A stretch of DNA of 63,163 bases, filler included, from Octopus bimaculoides (GCF_001194135.2; 10 parts of 9 records of this genome joined end to end with filler, not necessarily neighbours in it); one strand, 5' to 3'; positions 25,222-37,587 are shown, counted from the first letter of the whole stretch. Notes: generated from the sequence alone by a model not told the origin. A program made the numbers and translations.

Positions 25222-25262
25222 TATACATACATACATACATACAGACATACATATAAAAAAAA

Positions 25263-26150
25263 AAGACTATGCATGGATATGTTGCCCGAAAGCTTCAAGA
25301 AGACGGTAGAATTGAGACGAAGCGCAGCCTCTCTTGGACACAAGACCACTACATCACATCACACTTTGAGGGCTATGCGTTTGCAATCCAGGGACAGGAG
25401 ATTGTCACAAAGTACCTGGTGAACAAGAGAGACAGCGACGCTCTTGTAATCCCAAGGTGCAACCGTATGTGTAGGCTATGTCCTGTTTCTGTGGAAGACA
25501 TTACGCATGTGATTAGCAGCTGTCCCTATGCGGCACGATGTTGTTGCTAAAACAATTTACAATGGCATCTGCAAGAAAGTTTGTCCTGAAATAAACTTAG
25601 AAAATCCCTCTGTTATGGAATACATCCATAAACACCAACTCAAGGAACACTGGTGGAATCTTCCTATCAAAACTTCTGTCAAATGTAAACATAACAGGCC
25701 GGATATCGTTGTTTGGGACAGACGGGCAAAGGTATGTACCGTCATAGAGGACATCTGCTCCGCAGATATAAACATCTCTTTGAAAATCAAAGTAAAAGAG
25801 GATATCTATGGACAACTGCTTCGAAATTTCCAGCTTCTATATCCAGATCATGAATTCATATTCATACCAATAATAATTGGAGCAATAGGTTTTGTTAGTA
25901 GATGCTTAAAGGAGAATCTGGATAAACTGGGATTTTCAGAAAGAGAAATCGACCGGTTGATTCGTACATTACAAGTGCAATCTGTGAGTGGAACAGTAAA
26001 AATATGCAGGACTTTTCTCAAGTTCCAAATGTGAATTTATCTGTGTTAACAACTACATCCCAAAGATGGCGCCTTGTATCTTTGTTGGAAAGCGGCTCCT
26101 TTCTCAGTGGAAGATTTATAATAATTAAAAAATAGAAGAGGCATACATAC
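25263..26150 (+). mobile_element. 5'-truncated R4/Dong-like non-LTR retrotransposon (CCHC finger + restriction-like endonuclease)
   Basis: CRLCPVSVEDITHVISSCP, then a frameshift, then MRHDVVAKTIY...WWN...NRPDIVVWD...IE...K...Y...PIIIGAIG...SGTVKICRTFL*. These are the RHD and PD-(D/E)xK motifs of RLE elements. Flanked by (CATA)n. Confidence 0.9.
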
Positions 26151-26299
26151 ATACACACACACACACATTAGATAATACTTAGCTCAGTACATGACTGATA
26201 CATATTCTATTGACCTACCCAATCCCAAGACGATAAAAGTCAAAGCCAACTCTTGTGGGATTTGAACTCTAATTCGTGAAAACATTACTCCGACACAAT

Positions 26300-26891
26300 A
26301 ATGTATTGTAATATATTCTGTTCTCACATTGTCAGAAAGCTCATTTAATTTCCCTGGATGACTCACTGCATTGTCTAAATGGAGCAATACTTTGTTGGAA
26401 ACATCATGGCGGCGAACTAGCAGAATGCCTGGCAGCACTGCATCCGTCTATACGTTCTGAATTCAAATTCTGCCGAGGTCGATATTGTCTTTCATGCTTT
26501 CAGGGTCGATAAAAAAAGTACCGGTTGTACACTGGGATCGATGTAATCGACTTAAACCCCTCTCCCCGAACTTGCTAGCCTATTACTAAAATTTGAACCC
26601 AAAATTTTCTACAGTTGGACAAAAAAATTTTAGAAACGGTTCTTCGAAAAAAGGTCTTAGTATCCTTATTTGAATGCCAAATTACAGATTCTTTGCGTAA
26701 ACCTTGAAAACATTTGGATTTTCAGAGTGATGCACGGGTAAGGGTTTCAATTTCATAGAGCAAGCGGCATTTCTTCCCAAAAGAAACATCAGACGATTTT
26801 TGGAAGTTTTAAGTCCTGGTGTTGTGTTTTCTTCCATATTCTTCACCTCTGCCCTGATCTTTTCTCGAAATACCATCCTGTTTATTGGCAC
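26300..26891 (-). mobile_element. Tigger/pogo transposase DDE remnant interrupted by a SINE
   Basis: PGLKTSKNRLMFLLGRNAACSMKLKPLPVHHSENP, then WHSN...FLKFFCPTVE, then after the SINE KVLLHLDNAVSHPGKL. Confidence 0.88.
26406..26600 (+). mobile_element. SINE family B nested in the Tigger remnant
   Basis: ggcggcgaactagcagaa...ttctgaattcaaattctgccgaggtcga...gggatcgatgtaatcgactt. Confidence 0.88.
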
Positions 26892-28606
26892 ATTATAGTG
26901 AGTCTAATCTTCGATCTATACACAAAGGAGTCGTTCCACTTTTAGCATCAATTTAAACCTTCAAAAAAAAAAAGAAAAAAGAAAAGAAGGCCCCCAAGCA
27001 GTTAAATGAGTTACTTATTGAGCATTTGCCTTTTGTCTTTATTGTTCCCTTTTTATGGATTTGGCAAATTTCAGTTTTTTGAGCAACCTGACCCTGATTT
27101 TTTTCCTTTGGCATCAGATATTAAACATTAAGTTTAATGAGTGGCTATGTGGTAAGTACCTTGCTTCCCAACCACATGGTTCCTCTGATTTGAGTCATTA
27201 AAATTCCACACTCGACTCACTCGCACACACACGCACACACGCGCGCGCGCATCGTTGTATTGACATGCAACATATGTAGCTACAGACATTGCTATCATTC
27301 TGAAACTATTTATTACTGTTGCTGCCAGTTGGTTATTCAAAATCGGTAGGTCGACAGTGGTGATGATGATGCTGATTGTATTGGTTTTTGTATTGGTGAT
27401 GGTGATGATAGGGATGATGATGATGATGACGGTGAGGGTAAGAGTATTGTTGGTGATGGAAGTGGTTGTGTCGTTCTTCTTAATTGTATTATTGTTACTG
27501 TTTCCTCCTGAGTCAATCCTCATTGAACAAAGATCAAAGCCATTTCATCCAACTTTCTAAAATACACTCGACGGTGCCACATCATTCCATGTTTATTGTC
27601 TTTTATGTTAGACAGCGTTGCTTATCATCTTCAACACTATTTGCTGCTGCTGCTGCTGCTGTTGGTGGTGGTGGTGTTGTTATTATAGATTAAAGATGTG
27701 ATGGATTAGCAATGGTGATGGTGGTGGTGGTGGCGGCGGCAGCGGTGGCGACAGTAGTGGTGGTGAAGGTTGTACGGAATTATCTCCCTTGCTTTTTNNN
27801 NNNNNNNNNNNNNNNNNNNNNNNNNNNNNNNNNNNNNNNNNNNNNNNNNNNNNNNNNNNNNNNNNNNNNNNNNNNNNNNNNNNNNNNNNNNNNNNNNNNN
27901 NNNNNNNNNNNNNNNNNNNNNNNNNNNNNNNNNNNNNNNNNNNNNNNNNNNNNNNNNNNNNNNNNNNNNNNNNNNNNNNNNNNNNNNNNNNNNNNNNNNN
28001 NNNNNNNNNNNNNNNNNNNNNNNNNNNNNNNNNNNNNNNNNNNNNNNNNNNNNNNNNNNNNNNNNNNNNNNNNNNNNNNNNNNNNNNNNNNNNNNNNNNN
28101 NNNNNNNNNNNNNNNNNNNNNNNNNNNNNNNNNNNNNNNNNNNNNNNNNNNNNNNNNNNNNNNNNNNNNNNNNNNNNNNNNNNNNNNNNNNNNNNNNNNN
28201 NNNNNNNNNNNNNNNNNNNNNNNNNNNNNNNNNNNNNNNNNNNNNNNNNNNNNNNNNNNNNNNNNNNNNNNNNNNNNNNNNNNNNNNNNNNNNNNNNNNN
28301 NNNNNNNNNNNNNNNNNNNNNNNNNNNNNNNNNNNNNNNNNNNNNNNNNNNNNNNNNNNNNNNNNNNNNNNNNNNNNNNNNNNNNNNNNNNNNNNNNNNN
28401 NNNNNNNNNNNNNNNNNNNNNNNNNNNNNNNNNNNNNNNNNNNNNNNNNNNNNNNNNNNNNNNNNNNNNNNNNNNNNNNNNNNNNNNNNNNNNNNNNNCT
28501 ATTAACCCAGATACTTATGCGAGCAGTTTACGAAAACTTACTGACATTTCTAGGTTTTCCTCTTCATTTGTTTGTTCATGCAGCCATCCGACACATCTAT
28601 CCGTCC

Positions 28607-28667
<61 letters not shown>

Positions 28668-29214
28668 CTTATCTATCTGTCTGTCTATCTGTCTGTCTGT
28701 ATGCCCGTCTGTTTGTCTGTCTCTCTATCTATCTATCTACCTATTATTTCTATTATCTATTTATTTTATTCATATTTTTTTTTTGCTTTACCAGGTATCT
28801 TCGGAGTTAGAATAATATATAGTATTTAAATTTTCTTCATATATTAATTATTTTGGAAATTATGATAAATTATCCGAAAAGTCCGAAATGGGGATTGCTG
28901 ATAAAAAAAGCATATTTATCCTTTTCTATTCAATTGCAATAATAGACATTTTAGTTTTTTTTGAAACTATAGTATCAAATGCGAATGAGTATGAAATATC
29001 AATGAATGATATAAATGGGAAATACAAAAAAAAACAAAAAAATACGTTTTCAAATCAGTCAATATTTTTGTAATTCAAAACTTACGATTTATGACATAAA
29101 ATGTCCTCTAGAATTAACCAGAGCTAATAATGACAACCTTTAACGACTAAATATTGTTAATCCCACCTCTGCAAATGCAATGTCCATAAGCAATTCACTT
29201 GAAATACAACGAAC

Positions 29215-29568
29215 AACCGGCAGCATCGGTCTCTGTTTGATCCACGACTGCAGTTCGGCCAAGGAGACGAGCTGCGGGGAAGCGCGCCGCACAAACGGCA
29301 ACCAAGCCTGTTCACCGTCGTCTATGAAGCGCTGGAGATGTCGCAGTCTCAGCGCATGTCTGCGCATCATCAACCACGGCATGCTTAGCCCTCCATTTAG
29401 CGGGTGTTGACAGCAAATGGATCGCCTAACCATCGGAACGCTTCCCTTCCACAAGAAGCGGAAGAGTATGCGTTCCAGTTTGGTGATGGTAGGGTCGGGA
29501 CAAGGCACGACGGTCAGACGGTAATCGATGACGGATACAATGTACCTTTTAGGGATAGCTTCCTATCC
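29215..29568 (-). mobile_element. L1/Tx1 ORF2 fragment (post-RT region)
   Basis: DRKLSLKG...PCPDPTITKLERILFRFLWKGSVPMVRRSICCQHPLNGGLSMP shows the FLW...GGL motif of L1-clade ORF2. Confidence 0.88.
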
Positions 29569-29631
29569 CTATTTATCTGTCTGTGTCTGACCACTCTGAG
29601 TGAGAGTGGTCAGACACAGACAGACAGATAA

Positions 29632-29668
<37 letters not shown>

Positions 29669-29705
29669 TAAATAGACAGACAGACAGACAGACATACAGA
29701 CATAC

Positions 29706-29761
<56 letters not shown>

Positions 29762-30252
29762 GGGGATAGATATAGATATGAATAGTAAATAATATATAGT
29801 GTATATATATATACATACATATATATACACACACACCACATACACACATACATATATGGGACCAGGACGTCACCAACGGTTCAAACAACATGAAATACGT
29901 AAACGACGAGGAAAAATGGAGAACAGGACAAATAAACACAGAGAAAGGACCCTTCGTCAGTTGTCGGCTGTCTATCTACTCTTCATTTCGAGCATTCAAC
30001 GACAAAATAAGTCTTCAAAGATAGTTGCTCCCATAAGTTCTAAAATATAATTTAGGATTTATGGAGGGTCAAAGTTGGGAACGAAAACATGACAGTAGAG
30101 ACATAGTAGGACACCGAACGAAAACAAACATGGAGGGTCGTTAGACCAGAACGAGAGGAAAATAGTGAACGCTGTGAGAAATATTTTTTTTTGAAAAGAG
30201 AAAACATAGAAGATATATATATATATCGCACACACACACACACACACACATG

Positions 30253-30350
30253 ACAGTCTTCTTTCAGTTTCCGTCAACTAAATCCTCTCCAAAGGCTGTG
30301 ATCGGTCCGCGGCTATAGTAGAAATGCGGCAACCATGTTGTTAGGAAGCA
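30253..30350 (-). mobile_element. SINE family A 5' fragment
   Basis: cttctttcagtttccgtc...ggctatagtagaa...aaccatgt. Confidence 0.7.
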
Positions 30351-30973
30351 AGCTGTTCAGGTTTTTTTTTTAAATGCGAATAATGTAATTTGAACTGCAA
30401 TAACACAAGGCACCAAAATAAAATAAAATAAAATCTAATCGCCATTGAAAGTCTCCAGTGACTTCCATAGTATATAATGAATTTAGTGTGGAGAGTCTCC
30501 GGCAAATCTTATTAAATAAGGAACACATTAAGAATTAAGGTCCCCGGGGAGCCCTTGATCGTCGGTCTGCTCAGGAATTATCTAGAGTCAAACGACGTCA
30601 GCAACAAGAAAATCTATATGAAGTGGTCTTGCCGGACAAGGATCGAGTTTGATAAGCACCCAGTTCTGTCTTGGGTTAGGGCTCCATCCAACGTTTTTAT
30701 CGATCCAACCATTTTAAGGCGAGTAAACGCTAAAAGCCCTCTGACTTTGTTTCGGGTCAGCCTCAAGTGTAAGGACAATCGGAACTATCAGACGATCTTG
30801 TCTATGGATCGGATTGGAAGACGTTGGCTCCTGGTCGGCTTAAGAATCCCACGCCAATAACTTGTTCAGTGTTGGAGTCAAGGCGTTGATTAGCATTTTC
30901 TTGATAAAAAAAATATATAGCCTTTATTTATACGAGCGTGTGTAAGTAAACGTACGCGTTTATATATACAACA

Positions 30974-31035
<62 letters not shown>

Positions 31036-31276
31036 NNNNNNNNNNNNNNNNNNNNNNNNNNNNNNNNNNNNNNNNNNNNNNNNNNNNNNNNNNNNNNNNN
31101 NNNNNNNNNNNNNNNNNNNNNNNNNNNNNNNNNNNNNNNNNNNNNNNNNNNNNNNNNNNNNNNNNNNNNNNNNNNNNNNNNNNNNNNNNNNNNNNNNNNN
31201 NNNNNNNNNNNNNNNNNNNNNNNNNNNNNNNNNNNNNNNNNNNNNNNNNNNNNNNNNNNNNNNNNNNNNNNNNNNN

Positions 31277-31328
<52 letters not shown>

Positions 31329-31434
31329 GCGTGTGAGTTTGTGTGCTTGCATATATTAATTAACAGTTCTTGATATAATTAATAGCTGTCTCGTTTATAT
31401 ATCGACCAATAAAAGAACTGAAAATGAATACGCA

Positions 31435-31488
<54 letters not shown>

Positions 31489-31553
31489 TACGCACATACA
31501 TATATAATAAGCCCTATAAAGATACAAAGCGCACATACACACACCTTCGTATA

Positions 31554-31591
<38 letters not shown>

Positions 31592-31821
31592 GCAACATGT
31601 TTGTCATCTCTCTTCTCCTCGTCTGTAGGACACAAAATATTCACAACACAAACTCATCTACTATTTCAAACAACAACAACAACAACAACAACAGCAACAA
31701 CATTGTTGTTGTTGTTGTTGTNNNNNNNNNNNNNNNNNNNNNNNNNNNNNNNNNNNNNNNNNNNNTTAATTAATTAANNNNNNNNNNNNNNNNNNNNNNN
31801 NNNNNNNNNNNNNNNNNNNNN

Positions 31822-31852
<31 letters not shown>

Positions 31853-32035
31853 GCAAATAATATGTGAGTATATGCATATATACGTACATGTATGTACAAG
31901 CTTACATCTACATGTATATATAGATGCATATTTGGGTACAGGACGTCACAAAAAATGTGGGCAAAATGAAAAACAGAGTACAAAAAACAAACAGGCCACA
32001 TAGAGAATATTTCAAACTAAGCGTTTCGATATATA

Positions 32036-32447
32036 GGCGTAGGGGTGGCTGTGTGGTAAGCAGCTTGCTTACTTGCTTACGAACTAAATGGTTCCGGGTT
32101 CAGTCCCACTGCGTGGTACATTGGGCAAGTGTCTTCTACTATAACCTCGAGCCGACCAAAGACTTGTGAGTGGATTTGGTAGATGGAAATTGAAAGAAGC
32201 CCGTCGTATATATGTGTGTGTGTGTGTGTGTGTGTTTGTGTATCTGTGTTTGTCCCCCCAACACCGCTTGACAACCGATGCTGGTGTGTTTACGTCCCTG
32301 TAACCTAGCGGTTCGGTAAAAGAGACCGATAGAATACGTACTAGGCTTACAAAGAATAAGTCCTGGGGTCGATTTGCTCGACTAAAGGCAGTGCTCCAGC
32401 ATGGCCACAGTCAAATGACTGAAACAAGTAAAAGAGTAAAAGAGTAA
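32036..32447 (+). mobile_element. Full-length SINE family A (CORE-SINE-like; resembles octopus OR-type SINEs)
   Basis: A-box-like tggctgtgtggt, B-box-like gggttcagtccc, CORE-like ttgggcaagtgtcttct, internal (TA)(TG)n, tail (aaagagta)n. The named-family assignment is from memory, not a search. Confidence 0.9.
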
Positions 32448-35279
32448 TATATAAATAAATACAAAAGCATGTNNNNNNNNNNNNNNNNNNNNNNNNNNNN
32501 NNNNNNNNNNNNNNNNNNNNNNNNNNNNNNNNNNNNNNNNNNNNNNNNNNNNNNNNNNNNNNNNNNNNNNNNNNNNNNNNNNNNNNNNNNNNNNNNNNNN
32601 NNNNNNNNNNNNNNNNNNNNNNNNNNNNNNNNNNNNNNNNNNNNNNNNNNNNNNNNNNNNNNNNNNNNNNNNNNNNNNNNNNNNNNNNNNNNNNNNNNNN
32701 NNNNNNNNNNNNNNNNNNNNNNNNNNNNNNNNNNNNNNNNNNNNNNNNNNNNNNNNNNNNNNNNNNNNNNNNNNNNNNNNNNNNNNNNNNNNNNNNNNNN
32801 NNNNNNNNNNNNNNNNNNNNNNNNNNNNNNNNNNNNNNNNNNNNNNNNNNNNNNNNNNNNNNNNNNNNNNNNNNNNNNNNNNNNNNNNNNNNNNNNNNNN
32901 NNNNNNNNNNNNNNNNNNNNNNNNNNNNNNNNNNNNNNNNNNNNNNNNNNNNNNNNNNNNNNNNNNNNNNNNNNNNNNNNNNNNNNNNNNNNNNNNNNNN
33001 NNNNNNNNNNNNNNNNNNNNNNNNNNNNNNNNNNNNNNNNNNNNNNNNNNNNNNNNNNNNNNNNNNNNNNNNNNNNNNNNNNNNNNNNNNNNNNNNNNNN
33101 NNNNNNNNNNNNNNNNNNNNNNNNNNNNNNNNNNNNNNNNNNNNNNNNNNNNNNNNNNNNNNNNNNNNNNNNNNNNNNNNNNNNNNNNNNNNNNNNNNNN
33201 NNNNNNNNNNNNNNNNNNNNNNNNNNNNNNNNNNNTTAATATAAAAACATATTTCCTGAAATTGCAAATTATTTAAAATATAAAAATATAATTTTCAACA
33301 GAGAGAATTTATCAAAATAGAAAACAAATGAAGTTTGAAGTTTAAAAATAATAGGATCGACCACTCACGACTAGCTAGCGCGGACGCGCGAACTTTCGAG
33401 TAATAGATAGATAGATAGAGAGAGAGAGAGACAGACATATAGCTCGCTCCGGCCAGTCATGGTATTAGCTGTCAGTAGCCAAAGAAGCGACAGGCCAGCA
33501 ACAGACAGATACTTCACTAGCAGTGAGCACTTTCACTTCTGACAGCTAATAGCATGATAGTGCCATATATATATATACATGCATACATATACATGCATGT
33601 TCATACATACGCACGTGTACGCACGCACGTGTACACATATACATACAAACACACTAATATCTGTATATACATTCACACGGATATCTGCACAACATTTAAA
33701 CCGTCAAATCTCCATACATGCGGACATGTACTTGTATATACAGAGTTAGACAAGCATATATACATACATATATATATATATAAACATACACGTGTATACA
33801 TGCACTTACATATGCATACACATATACATACACATACATACACGTTCATACATATATACATACATGTACACACATACATACAAACGTATACATACATATA
33901 TGTACATATATATATATATATATATNNNNNNNNNNNNNNNNNNNNNNNNNNNNNNNNNNNNNNNNNNNNTTAATTAATTAANNNNNNNNNNNNNNNNNNN
34001 NNNNNNNNNNNNNNNNNNNNNNNNNTTTTATGTGTAAAAGACCGGCTAAAACTGTATAAGTGTTGACAGTTTAATGAGTACGAATATAATATTCCGTAAG
34101 CAGTGTCTTGTAACCACACTTTATAATGAGTGATTATGCTGCTTCCGTGACAAGTCGAAAGATTATAATAAATTTTATAGAACTGTGTACGTGTATCTCA
34201 CATTTTAAATGTATTACTGTCTTCTCTATAGTTTTAATCTTATTCCTATATAGCTGTCGTCATTTGTTCTAGATCTTTTTCTTTGTAAGATCCATCTTCT
34301 CAGTACTATTTACAATTACTGGCACAAACAGACGTGTAGTAGCACGAGATTAAAGTCTATAGACTTTAAAATCGTCGAAACTACACTACGTGTTGTCCCA
34401 ATAGCTGACGAGAGGTTTTCCATAAATAATTATCTCTTCGTTTCTATATCTCGCTCTAATTTTCACTATATATATATATATATANNNNNNNNNNNNNNNN
34501 NNNNNNNNNNNNNNNNNNNNNNNNNNNNNNNNNNNNNNNNNNNNNNNNNNNNNNNNNNNNNNNNNNNNNNNNNNNNNNNNNNNNNNNNNNNNNNNNNNNN
34601 NNNNNNNNNNNNNNNNNNNNNNNNNNNNNNNNNNNNNNNNNNNNNNNNNNNNNNNNNNNNNNNNNNNNNNNNNNNNNNNNNNNNNNNNNNNNNNNNNNNN
34701 NNNNNNNNNNNNNNNNNNNNNNNNNNNNNNNNNNNNNNNNNNNNNNNNNNNNNNNNNNNNNNNNNNNNNNNNNNNNNNNNNNNNNNNNNNNNNNNNNNNN
34801 NNNNNNNNNNNNNNNNNNNNNNNNNNNNNNNNNNNNNNNNNNNNNNNNNNNNNNNNNNNNNNNNNNNNNNNNNNNNNNNNNNNNNNNNNNNNNNNNNNNN
34901 NNNNNNNNNNNNNNNNNNNNNNNNNNNNNNNNNNNNNNNNNNNNNNNNNNNNNNNNNNNNNNNNNNNNNNNNNNNNNNNNNNNNNNNNNNNNNNNNNNNN
35001 NNNNNNNNNNNNNNNNNNNNNNNNNNNNNNNNNNNNNNNNNNNNNNNNNNNNNNNNNNNNNNNNNNNNNNNNNNNNNNNNNNNNNNNNNNNNNNNNNNNN
35101 NNNNNNNNNNNNNNNNNNNNNNNNNNNNNNNNNNNNNNNNNNNNNNNNNNNNNNNNNNNNNNNNNNNNNNNNNNNNNNNNNNNNNNNNNNNNNNNNNNNN
35201 NNNNNNNNNNNNNNNNNNNNNNNNNNNNNNNNNNNNNNNNNNNNNNNNNNNNNNNNNNNNNNNNNNNTTTTTTATCTTT

Positions 35280-35364
35280 ATTAATAAATTATAGGGTAGC
35301 AAAAAAATTTTAGAAATTTTATTTACTACCCTATAATTTTTTTGCTACCCTATAATTTATTAAT
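35280..35364. repeat. Perfect 30-bp inverted repeat with 25-nt spacer
   Basis: attaataaattatagggtagcaaaaaaatt (35280-35309) is the exact reverse complement of 35335-35364. Confidence 0.92.
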
Positions 35365-35385
35365 ATATATATATATATATATATA

Positions 35386-35646
35386 AGTGGCAGGTTAAAA
35401 AACTTATAGTAAATGCACAGACGAACGAAAAACAGTCACAGAAGGTCCTCAGTTCCTCATCAGTGGGTCTAACACAGTTTCGTGCTTTTAACAATAACGT
35501 CAAACTTTTCGTGCTTTTAACAATAACGTTAAAGGCACGAAATTGCGTTAGACCCCCTGACCGATAACTGACAATGAATTAGGAACCTTTTGTATCTGTT
35601 TTAAGTTCGTCTGTGCATTTACTATATGTTTTTCTAACTTGCCATT
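35386..35646. mobile_element. Foldback/MITE-like element made of ~110-bp imperfect inverted arms
   Basis: agtggcaggttaaaaaacttatagtaaatgcacagacgaac pairs with gttcgtctgtgcatttactatatgtttttctaacttgccatt; gggtctaacacagtttcgtgc pairs with gcacgaaattgcgttagaccc. Lies next to (TA)n. Confidence 0.8.
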
Positions 35647-36370
35647 CTATGCCTGTTTTTCATTTGTGCATTTACTATACAGTTTAAAATTTCTTAACTT
35701 ATTAATTAATGGAACGCAACGCATCCTTCGTTTTATTCGCATTATATATATGCAGTGAAAGACAAATAATGAAATCGTGGAATCCAGCTATTGCAGACGA
35801 TCTACTGTTTTATTATACACTTATAATCTTAAGAGTGTTAAGTAGACAACGTGTTTATATTACCTTATGATGCGAAAGAAATGTGTATTGAGGAAGTCCG
35901 TGTGGTTATTGATGAACGAAGTTTCGTGAGGATTCATAATGATAAAGATACTGATGATGATGATGATGACGATGATGGTGATGGTGATAGTGGTGGGGTG
36001 GTGTTATAGGTGGTGGTGTTAATGGCGGTGGTGATAACGAATGATGGTATGGTATTTATTGTGATGTTTATAAGAAGAGGTATGTTGATAGCGATAAATG
36101 ATGAAAGTGGGATAAAATGGTGATGATGACTGGCTGGAAGAGGAGGGGGGAAGGAGGGTAGGAGTAGTTGGAGGGGGCGTGGGAGTGTTAAGAGAAGGCG
36201 TTGGAGAAGGAGGAGTAGGGGAGAGAAGAAGGAATGGAAGTGGGAGAAAGGAAATAATAATGATAATAATNNNNNNNNNNNNNNNNNNNNNNNNNNNNNN
36301 NNNNNNNNNNNNNNTTAATTAATTAANNNNNNNNNNNNNNNNNNNNNNNNNNNNNNNNNNNNNNNNNNNN

Positions 36371-37125
36371 TGAGTGAGTGAGTGAGTGAGTGAGTGAGTG
36401 AGTGAGTGAGTGAGTCAGTGAGTGAGTGAGTCAGTGAGTGAGTGAGTGAGTGAGTGAGCTAATGAGTGAGTGAGTGAGTTAATGAGTGAGTGAGCGAGTG
36501 AGTGAGTGAGTGAGTGAAAGAGTGAGTGAGTGATGAGTGAGTGAATAAGTGGGTGAGTAAGTGAGTGAGCGAGTGAGCGAGTAAATGAGTGAGTGCGTAA
36601 GTGAGTGAGTGAGTGAGTGAGTGAGCTAATGAGTGAGTGAGTTAATGAGTGAGTGAGAGAGTGAGTGAACTAATGAGTGAGTGAGTGAGTGAGTGAGTGA
36701 GTGAGTGAGCTAATGAGTGAGTGAGTGAGTTAATGAGTGAGTGAGTGAGTGAGTGAATAAGTGGGTGAGTAAGTGAGTGAGCGAGTGAGCGAGTGAATGA
36801 GTGAGTGCGTAAGTGAGTGAGTGAGTTCCTTGAGTGAGTGAGTGAGTGAGTGAGTGAGTGAGTGAGTGAGTGAGTGAGTGAGAGAGTGAGTGAACTAATG
36901 AGTGAGTGAGTGAGTGAGTGAGCTAATGAGTGAGTCAGTGAGTTAATGAGTGAGTGAGTGAGTGAGTGAGTGAGTGAGTGAGTGAGTGAGTGAGTGAGTG
37001 AATAAGTGAGTGAGCGAGTGAGCGAGTGAATGAGTGAGTGCGTAAGTGAGTGAGTGAGTTCCTTGAGTGAGTGAGTGAGTGAGTGAGTGAGTGAGTGAGT
37101 GAGTGAGTGAGTGAGTGAGTGAGTG
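36371..37125. repeat. (TGAG)n satellite with higher-order variant blocks
   Basis: The block aataagtg..gagcgagtgagcgagt.aatgagtgagtgcgtaag recurs near 36545, 36757 and 37001. Confidence 0.95.
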
Positions 37126-37543
37126 CATTTTTGAAAGAGAGAGTGAATGAATGATAATTATAGGGAGAGAGAGATAGGGGCAGAAAGAGACAGAGATAAA
37201 TTGAGACAGATAGCGAGAAAGATTGAAAGAGAATGAACGGTTAACAGGGGAAATGTTCATGAAAAAAAAGAAGAGAAAGAAAAATGAATACACAATACAT
37301 AAACGAAGAAAACTGGAAGACTGAAGAGAGATGAGGAGTAATTAAACATTTCAATTATCAATAATCAATGAATAATTAATTAAGAGTCAACGTACGGTGG
37401 TGGATATACTGTGTCGCAGAAGACGGATAGATTCCAGGAATATTTTAAAGACGCCATCATTGCTTAAACGACGTTCAAGAATGAACGGTTATTGTGAAGC
37501 AATATGATGTAATTTCCGTTGGTTGTTGTCTACCTATCTACCA

Positions 37544-37587
<44 letters not shown>

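Noticed and set aside
29940-30005. Hammerhead ribozyme (minus-strand CGAAA...CTGACGA)
   Set aside because: Core words are present, but stems II and III do not pair and the conserved G-C pair after CUGANGA is missing.
36943-37293. (THSL)n ORF
   Set aside because: Translation of the (TGAG)n satellite.
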